DNA of 63,975 nucleotides, counting the filler, from Thermoplasmatota archaeon (GTDB taxonomy: Archaea; Thermoplasmatota; E2; JACPAO01; JAHFTW01): NCBI GenBank assembly GCA_041623215.1. It is 5 parts of 5 records of this genome, joined end to end, with 100 filler letters (N's around TTAATTAATTAA, not from the genome) between each part and the next. Parts side by side here need not be neighbours in the genome. Positions count along the whole stretch, not along the records: positions 58,085 to 63,975 come from JBFJXH010000106.1; 4 more parts are not named here. One strand, written 5' to 3'. Each line of letters begins with the position of its first letter. Positions within the stretch are counted from its first letter, which is position 1. Below are positions 58,352 to 63,975 of this stretch, piece by piece. The position numbers and the translations under genes are program-made. Below the pieces are notes generated by a model. The model saw only the letters and a program-made list of their open reading frames with translations, had not been told where the DNA came from and searched no databases.

Positions 58352-59101
58352 TCATAGCATATCCCAGACCAGCCGCACCAGGAGCAAGACCGTAACTGCA
58401 AGAAACAGCGGCCGGACCCATCGGTCCCCCGCCCGCACCGTCAGGTGGCTCCCCAGCCAGCCGCCAAGCACCGTCCCCGCCAGCATGGGCACGCCCGCTT
58501 GCCAAGCAACCAGGCCCAACAACCCCCACGCGGCCAAACCCCAGAGATTGCTGGCCCAGTTCAGCATGCGCGCATGAACTGCGGCCCGTCGAAAGCCAAA
58601 GCCCGCGACGGCTACGAAGCCGAAGAGCAGCATGCTGCCTGTGCCGGGCCCGAGAAAGCCGTCGTAGAAGCCCATCGTGACGGCTAGAGCGACCAAAAAG
58701 AACCACACGCCGGCGGTCCGCGGTCGGAGTTGCTCGTGGCGGCCAAGCGCCGGCCGCACCACCGTGTACACAGCGATGGCAGACATGATGAGGATGACCA
58801 TCCAACGGATGTTGCCGGCCGGCACAGCGCGTACCACAAGGACGCCGGCCACGCTGGCGACGCCCGCTACCCCCCACAACGGCCAAGCCAACCGATGCTC
58901 GACGAGCCCGGCTCGCATGTATTGGACGCTGGCCACCGTACTGGCCCCGGTTGCCACCAGTTTGTTGGTCCCAAGCGCAAGGTGGGGTGGCATACCTGTT
59001 GCAAGGAGCACGGGCAGCGTGATGGCACCCCCGCCGCCAACCTGTGCGTCGAAGAAGCCCCCTGCAAGCCCGGCCAAGAAAAGAATCCAGATCTCCTCCA
59101 C
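58352..59101 (-). CDS. TSUP (TauE/SafE) family transporter
   Basis: GFFDAQVGGGGAITLP, ALGTNK, GFYDGFLGPGTG. Confidence 0.93.
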   Translation of the reverse strand: MEEIWILFLAGLAGGFFDAQVGGGGAITLPVLLATGMPPHLALGTNKLVATGASTVASVQYMRAGLVEHRLAWPLWGVAGVASVAGVLVVRAVPAGNIRWMVILIMSAIAVYTVVRPALGRHEQLRPRTAGVWFFLVALAVTMGFYDGFLGPGTGSMLLFGFVAVAGFGFRRAAVHARMLNWASNLWGLAAWGLLGLVAWQAGVPMLAGTVLGGWLGSHLTVRAGDRWVRPLFLAVTVLLLVRLVWDML

Positions 59102-59103
59102 GA

Positions 59104-61422
59104 TTACACCTCGGGCTCGGAGCCGAAGGTAGGCGTGGCATCGTCGCGGGCCCGCTGCAACTGAAGACCCGTCCCGAGCAAAATTACGTGGTCACCCTCT
59201 TTGATAATGAGTTTGGCATCAAAACCGGTTGGTCGCTGGGCACCGGCGCGGCGGACGCCAACGACGAGGCACCCACACCGTTCCTTGAGATTCAATTCTC
59301 CAAGTTCCCGCCCCTGCCATGGCGACCCCTCGACAGCCGTAATCTCAACCACTTCTGCCAAGGTGCTTTGTGCCTCAAGGCGTAATGCCCCGCCGTGGGC
59401 AACCACTAGTGCTTCCGCCTGGCTCAACTGGTGCGGCTCGCCCATGAGGACCAACGCATCGCGAGGCCGCAGCACAAGCTCGGGCGACGGATTGACAAAC
59501 TCTTGCCGGCCACGCTGCACCACCGCCACCGTGGCTCCCGTCCTAGTGGTAAGGCGCGCTTCCTCCAAGCTGCGGCCCGCCACGGGAGAGTCGGATGGTA
59601 CGGCGACCGTGGTCATGCGAAGGCCCCACGGGTACCGGCTCACGATTTTGTCGAGCAGCGCCGCGTCCTCGCTTTGCTCACCCAACACCCGGCCGACGGC
59701 GTCTGCCAGGTTCGCGTGGAATCGATTAATGTGACGCCAGGCGGCGATGCCCACGCCCCCGGCGAGGCCAGCCGCCAGCAGCAGGACGGGCCAAGCGCTC
59801 GGGATGGCAAGAACGAACGGGGCCACGAGCAAGACCACTGTGGCTGCCAGTACGGCGTTGACCATGGCTTGCCTGGCACGGCCGGCACCCTGAGTCTCGT
59901 TGGCGCGCAGGCCCACCATGCTCCATACAAGGCCACGATAGCTGCCCCAAAGTGCCCGCAATACGGGCACACCGATGACAAACCAGAGGGCCAGAATGAC
60001 GCCCCTGGCCACGATGTCGGACACCCCCCAGTTCTGGATTAACGGCCCTGCCGTGCGGTCGATGGCGGCCACGAGGACGGTCCACGCAACCAGCAAGAGA
60101 CCATTAACCAGCAGACGCCGCAGGTGGTCCCGCCGAATCTTCTTGACGCTAGGGACGGGCGCCCCCATGCCCCTGCGAAGACCTTCAACCATCCAAGCCA
60201 ACAAGCGTAACGTGGGTGCCGGTAATCGGTCCACAAGGCGCGCTGCGCGGTCACTCTGGGAGAAGACCAGCGGCGCAGTCACTAGTAGCAAGACCAGCGC
60301 ACCCGAGATGACCGGACGCAACATATCGTGCGCAGCACCCGCTTGCTCGGCCACCGCCACCAAGACAAGGCTGAATTCCCCCATCGCGGCCAAAGCAACA
60401 CCGGTGCGAACCGCGTCGGGAAACGGCTGGCCTCGCAGGACCGCCGCCGGAATATGCACCAAGGTCTTGCTAAGCGCAAATGTGCCGGCGACCGCGATAA
60501 TCAAGAGCGGATTGCCAATGACCACGCCGATGTCCACCGCGAAACCGCTGGCGACGAAGAATGCCGCCAACGCCACGTCGCGCAGGGAACGAAGCGCGGT
60601 TCGAAGTAAGAAGCGGCTGCCCGCTTCCGCTGCTACGACCCCCGCCGCCAACGCGCCCAATTCGGCGCTGCCTGCCCAGTGTCCGATGGCCGCCGCACCC
60701 AACATGAGCGATCCCGTCAGCAGGACCAGCAATTCGTGCACGTGCGAGCGCGCCACCGCGTCCAGCAGCCTCGGAACGACAAGAAGCAACAAGGCAGTCA
60801 TGATGATGAGCGCCAGAACTAAGCGTCCCATCACCAAGAGAGGAGCCCCGACGCCCGCCCATCCACCGCTTGCCGCCACTCCTGCCCCCGCACCGCCCGC
60901 CGCCCCTAGGCCACCGGTGCCAATAGCGACCATGATGGCCAATAAGCCGGCCGCAGCAACATCCTGAGAGATGAGAACGCCCAAGACGCGTTGCCGGACG
61001 CCGCTGGGGACCGTGCGAGCAGCGGTAATCCGCTCGCCAAACAGCGTGCTGGAAAGCCCCAGGGTCAGCCCTAACGCCCATGATTGACCAACGGACCAGC
61101 CGAACGCCATGCCAAGCAGAGCCCCCAAGGCGATGGGAACGACCAAATCAAACGGCATGACCCAGGCGGAGCTTCGGACCGCTTGGGTGAGCGTCTTCAG
61201 GTCCAATTCTAGGCCAATGGCAAACAGAATTAGCAGGACCGCAAAATGTCCCGCCTCTTCGGCCAAGTGGACGGGAATGTAATCGCCCCCCAACGCGTGT
61301 GGCGAAGCCACAATGCCCACCACCAAATAGCCGAGAATTGGCGGCAGGCGCATCCGATGCGCCAAGCCCCCGGCAGCAGCCAGTAGAAGGCCCAAAACTG
61401 CCAAGGTGACTAGACTCGCCAC
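59104..61422 (-). CDS. CPA2 cation:proton antiporter with two TrkA-C (RCK_C) domains
   Basis: LFAIGLEL, LSST, LISQD, MGEFS; two C-terminal SP..GR.L.E domains. Confidence 0.92.
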   Translation of the reverse strand: MASLVTLAVLGLLLAAAGGLAHRMRLPPILGYLVVGIVASPHALGGDYIPVHLAEEAGHFAVLLILFAIGLELDLKTLTQAVRSSAWVMPFDLVVPIALGALLGMAFGWSVGQSWALGLTLGLSSTLFGERITAARTVPSGVRQRVLGVLISQDVAAAGLLAIMVAIGTGGLGAAGGAGAGVAASGGWAGVGAPLLVMGRLVLALIIMTALLLLVVPRLLDAVARSHVHELLVLLTGSLMLGAAAIGHWAGSAELGALAAGVVAAEAGSRFLLRTALRSLRDVALAAFFVASGFAVDIGVVIGNPLLIIAVAGTFALSKTLVHIPAAVLRGQPFPDAVRTGVALAAMGEFSLVLVAVAEQAGAAHDMLRPVISGALVLLLVTAPLVFSQSDRAARLVDRLPAPTLRLLAWMVEGLRRGMGAPVPSVKKIRRDHLRRLLVNGLLLVAWTVLVAAIDRTAGPLIQNWGVSDIVARGVILALWFVIGVPVLRALWGSYRGLVWSMVGLRANETQGAGRARQAMVNAVLAATVVLLVAPFVLAIPSAWPVLLLAAGLAGGVGIAAWRHINRFHANLADAVGRVLGEQSEDAALLDKIVSRYPWGLRMTTVAVPSDSPVAGRSLEEARLTTRTGATVAVVQRGRQEFVNPSPELVLRPRDALVLMGEPHQLSQAEALVVAHGGALRLEAQSTLAEVVEITAVEGSPWQGRELGELNLKERCGCLVVGVRRAGAQRPTGFDAKLIIKEGDHVILLGTGLQLQRARDDATPTFGSEPEV

Positions 61423-61474
61423 AACCTGCGACGCTCGTTGGTGGACAAAAAGAGCCGCTTTCTAGCTAGCGCAG

Positions 61475-62230
61475 TCAAGCATGCGGCGACGGGGTTCGAA
61501 CAACGTCGCGCACACTCGCCTGGCAGGTCGGGTACAGGACTAATTCTTGCACATTGACGTGGCGAGGACGATTGACACACCACACGATGGTTTCTGCGAC
61601 ATCCGTAGGCCGCAACACGTCGGCGTTGGCGTACACCTGCTCAGCCCGCGTCTTGTCCCCGTCGAAGCGAACGAGGCTGAACTCGGTCTCGACGAGGCCG
61701 GGCTCAATGTTCATCACGCGTACGCCACTGCCCTGCAAATCAAGCCGAAGCCCCTCGGACAAGGCGCGCACCGCGTGCTTGCTGGCGCAGTACACCCCGC
61801 CGCCGGGGTAGGTCCAGCGGCCAGCCACACTGCCCAAGTTGACGACATCGCCCCGGCCCTTGGCAACCATGTTCGGCAGCACCTTTCGCGTGACATAGAG
61901 AAGCCCCTTGACGTTGACGTCAATCATCTCGTCCCAGTGGGATGGATCTCCTTCGTGCATGGCATCCAGGCCGCGAGCAAGGCCGGCATTGTTGACCACC
62001 ACATCCACATCCCATACGTGCTCGGGCAATGCGTCCACGGCGGCCCGATTGGCGACATCTAGCACCACCGGGGTTACGTCGCCAAAGTGCGCGTCGGCAA
62101 GCGCGCGGAGCCGGTCGGCGCGACGACCCACCGCCACGACGTGCGCACCTTGGTCGAGAAAAGCGCTTGCCGTCGCCAGGCCAATGCCTGCGGTTGCTCC
62201 CGTGACCAGTACCCGCAACTCCGATTGCAT
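61475..62230 (-). CDS. Short-chain dehydrogenase, YdfG-like NADP-dependent
   Basis: TGATAGIG, NNAGLA, YCASK, IEPGLVETEFS, RPRHVNV. Confidence 0.93.
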   Translation of the reverse strand: MQSELRVLVTGATAGIGLATASAFLDQGAHVVAVGRRADRLRALADAHFGDVTPVVLDVANRAAVDALPEHVWDVDVVVNNAGLARGLDAMHEGDPSHWDEMIDVNVKGLLYVTRKVLPNMVAKGRGDVVNLGSVAGRWTYPGGGVYCASKHAVRALSEGLRLDLQGSGVRVMNIEPGLVETEFSLVRFDGDKTRAEQVYANADVLRPTDVAETIVWCVNRPRHVNVQELVLYPTCQASVRDVVRTPSPHA

Positions 62231-62253
62231 GCCCGGCGCACGGCCGCGTGCGT

Positions 62254-63954
62254 TCAAGGCGCTGCCGGCGCGCCGCCTCCCGGTGTGTGCTCAATGGGCA
62301 GCCACAGTCGGAAGGTGGAACCATTGCCGGGGCCGGCGCTTTGTGCCTCGAGGAAGCCACCATGTGCCATGGCAAGGCCTTGGCAAATGTAGAGACCTAG
62401 GCCCGTGCCTGGTTCTTCGGGTCGCGGACTCGGATGGACTTGGCTAAAGGGCTTGAACAGGCAGTCAATTTGCGCGGCGGTTAGTCCGGGCCCCTCGTCC
62501 TTGACATCAACACGGAACCCTCCTTCGTCGACGCCGGCTTGCACGATTACTGTGCTACCGTCGGGCGTAAACTTGAGGGCGTTACTCATGAGATTGAAAA
62601 TGATCTGACTCAGCCGCAAGGGGTCAGCATGCAAGATTGCCGGCCCTCGCACCATGTGTTTCAGGGTAATCCCGCGTTGAATGGCGGTTTCATCGAAGCT
62701 CTCAATGGCTTCGTGCACAACGTGAGCAGCATCAAGCCGGCGCATTTCGAGGCGGACTCGTTGCGCCTGAATGCGCGTCGCCTCCAGAAGGTCGCCGCTC
62801 AGCATCGCAAGGCGCTCAATGTTTCGCTCCAGGACGTCGAGGCTGCGCTGTACCTCGGGCGTCGTAGCGCCCTCAAGACGCCTTTCCAGCACGGACAATT
62901 GCAGGCGAATCGGCGTCATGGGCGTGTTCAATTCATGCGCGGCAGCATTGATGAATTGGGTCCGGAACTCCGCCTCTTCTTCCAGTTGGCGGGCTTTGGC
63001 GGCCTCTTGTTGCTCGCGGCGTTGTTCCGTGACATCCAGGGACACCAGAACGAGTCCCGTGACGCGCCCGCCATCGCCGCGAATGGCGCCCATCCTGGTG
63101 TGCCACGTCCGCCGCTCGCCGTCACCAACGTCCTGTTCAATTTCGTAGGTACGCATTTCCCCATCCGCCAAAACTTGGCGCTGGGCATCCAACAACACCG
63201 GCACTTGGTCGGGTGGCAGAAATTCCACCAGGCTGCGGCCGATGGCATCCTCTTTGCCAAAGCCGGGCGCGGGGCGGTTGATGTACTCAATAATTCCATG
63301 GCAGTCCGTCAGCATGATGGTTGACGGCGCATTGTCCGTGACGGCAAGCAGACGCTGCTGGCTACTTTCCAATTCAACCGTCGTGGCCGCCAGGGATTCT
63401 TCACGCTGGACAACGTGGACCGAAAAACTGCTCATTAGCACCAGGACGGCGCCGGCAAATCCGATGTAAGCCGACCGTACCAGTGCTTCCACCGGCAGAA
63501 TGCTGAGGGCTTGCGGACCCCACACGACTACTACCATGTCAAGGAAGATGTAGAGCGCGGTCGCGAGAACGGTCGTGCGCGGCCCGAACCGGAACGCAAT
63601 GGCGGCCAGCGACACGGCCCAGAGGGGCGCAAAAGGACTCGCTGCTCCGCCGGTGGCAAATAGCCAGGTGACAATGAGCCCGGCATCGGCGGCGGTTGTC
63701 CATGCCGCGGTCCCTAAAATGCTGGCTCCGCGTTGTGGCTTTGCTAAGAGGATAAAACCACTGTAAAGGGGCGCCACGAGGCTGATTGCCAGCGCCAATT
63801 GCGGTCGCGTGCCGGCGGGGTCCATGAGCCACCAATATACGGTGACATTGAACACCACAATGGCCGCCCGCACCCAAGCTACGCCGTCCTCGGCCTGACG
63901 AGTGCGCCGTAGAAGGCCAGGCACATCGGCGCGCGTAGCAGCGACGCTCGTCAT
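62254..63954 (-). CDS. Membrane PAS-domain sensor histidine kinase
   Basis: About six N-terminal TMs, PAS domain, AHELNTPMT, NLMSNALKF, DEGPG, GTGLGL. Confidence 0.93.
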   Translation of the reverse strand: MTSVAATRADVPGLLRRTRQAEDGVAWVRAAIVVFNVTVYWWLMDPAGTRPQLALAISLVAPLYSGFILLAKPQRGASILGTAAWTTAADAGLIVTWLFATGGAASPFAPLWAVSLAAIAFRFGPRTTVLATALYIFLDMVVVVWGPQALSILPVEALVRSAYIGFAGAVLVLMSSFSVHVVQREESLAATTVELESSQQRLLAVTDNAPSTIMLTDCHGIIEYINRPAPGFGKEDAIGRSLVEFLPPDQVPVLLDAQRQVLADGEMRTYEIEQDVGDGERRTWHTRMGAIRGDGGRVTGLVLVSLDVTEQRREQQEAAKARQLEEEAEFRTQFINAAAHELNTPMTPIRLQLSVLERRLEGATTPEVQRSLDVLERNIERLAMLSGDLLEATRIQAQRVRLEMRRLDAAHVVHEAIESFDETAIQRGITLKHMVRGPAILHADPLRLSQIIFNLMSNALKFTPDGSTVIVQAGVDEGGFRVDVKDEGPGLTAAQIDCLFKPFSQVHPSPRPEEPGTGLGLYICQGLAMAHGGFLEAQSAGPGNGSTFRLWLPIEHTPGGGAPAAP

Positions 63955-63975
63955 CGGTCTAGGTTTGGCCGCGCA

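Noticed and set aside
1..63975. tRNAs, transposases, integrases, prophage genes, inteins
   Set aside because: None recognised by eye; RadA and other usual intein hosts are of normal length. A covariance-model search would be needed to exclude small RNAs

Overview
Window from a GC-rich archaeal genome bin, most consistent with Thermoplasmatota. Evidence: archaeal 16S 5' end, FEN1, RadA, NucS, Spt5, Sec61-gamma, Rpl15e, archaeal PheT and a class II HMG-CoA reductase. It is not one contiguous locus: five contigs (1-14834, 14935-29568, 29669-44015, 44116-57984, 58085-63975) are joined by artificial N/TTAATTAATTAA linkers, so gene order is only meaningful within a contig. Contig 1 carries acyl-CoA and nucleotide-sugar metabolism genes and a coupled operon of Sfp-type PPTase (open to the contig edge), BioY, biotin carboxylase, BCCP and crotonase. 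Contig 2 carries housekeeping genes, secreted hydrolases/lipoproteins and a two-component system. Contig 3 carries informational genes, several with unusual low-complexity extensions, and a RadA with a variant Walker A. Contig 4 is a ~13 kb archaeal type IV pilus locus followed by tandem promoter-like boxes and a partial 16S rRNA gene; the locus has four pilin/pilin-like genes, two platform proteins, an ATPase, an intact plus a degenerate KaiC-like ATPase, and an embedded membrane-anchored solo Cas4-like nuclease. Contig 5 carries transporters, an SDR and a PAS histidine kinase. No CRISPR array, tRNA or mobile element was seen. The best candidates for an undescribed system are the pilus/Cas4-like locus (possible DNA uptake) and the PPTase-carboxylase operon (possible carrier-protein-dependent polyketide/fatty-acid synthesis in an archaeon). 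All calls are from motif reading only; no database searches were run.
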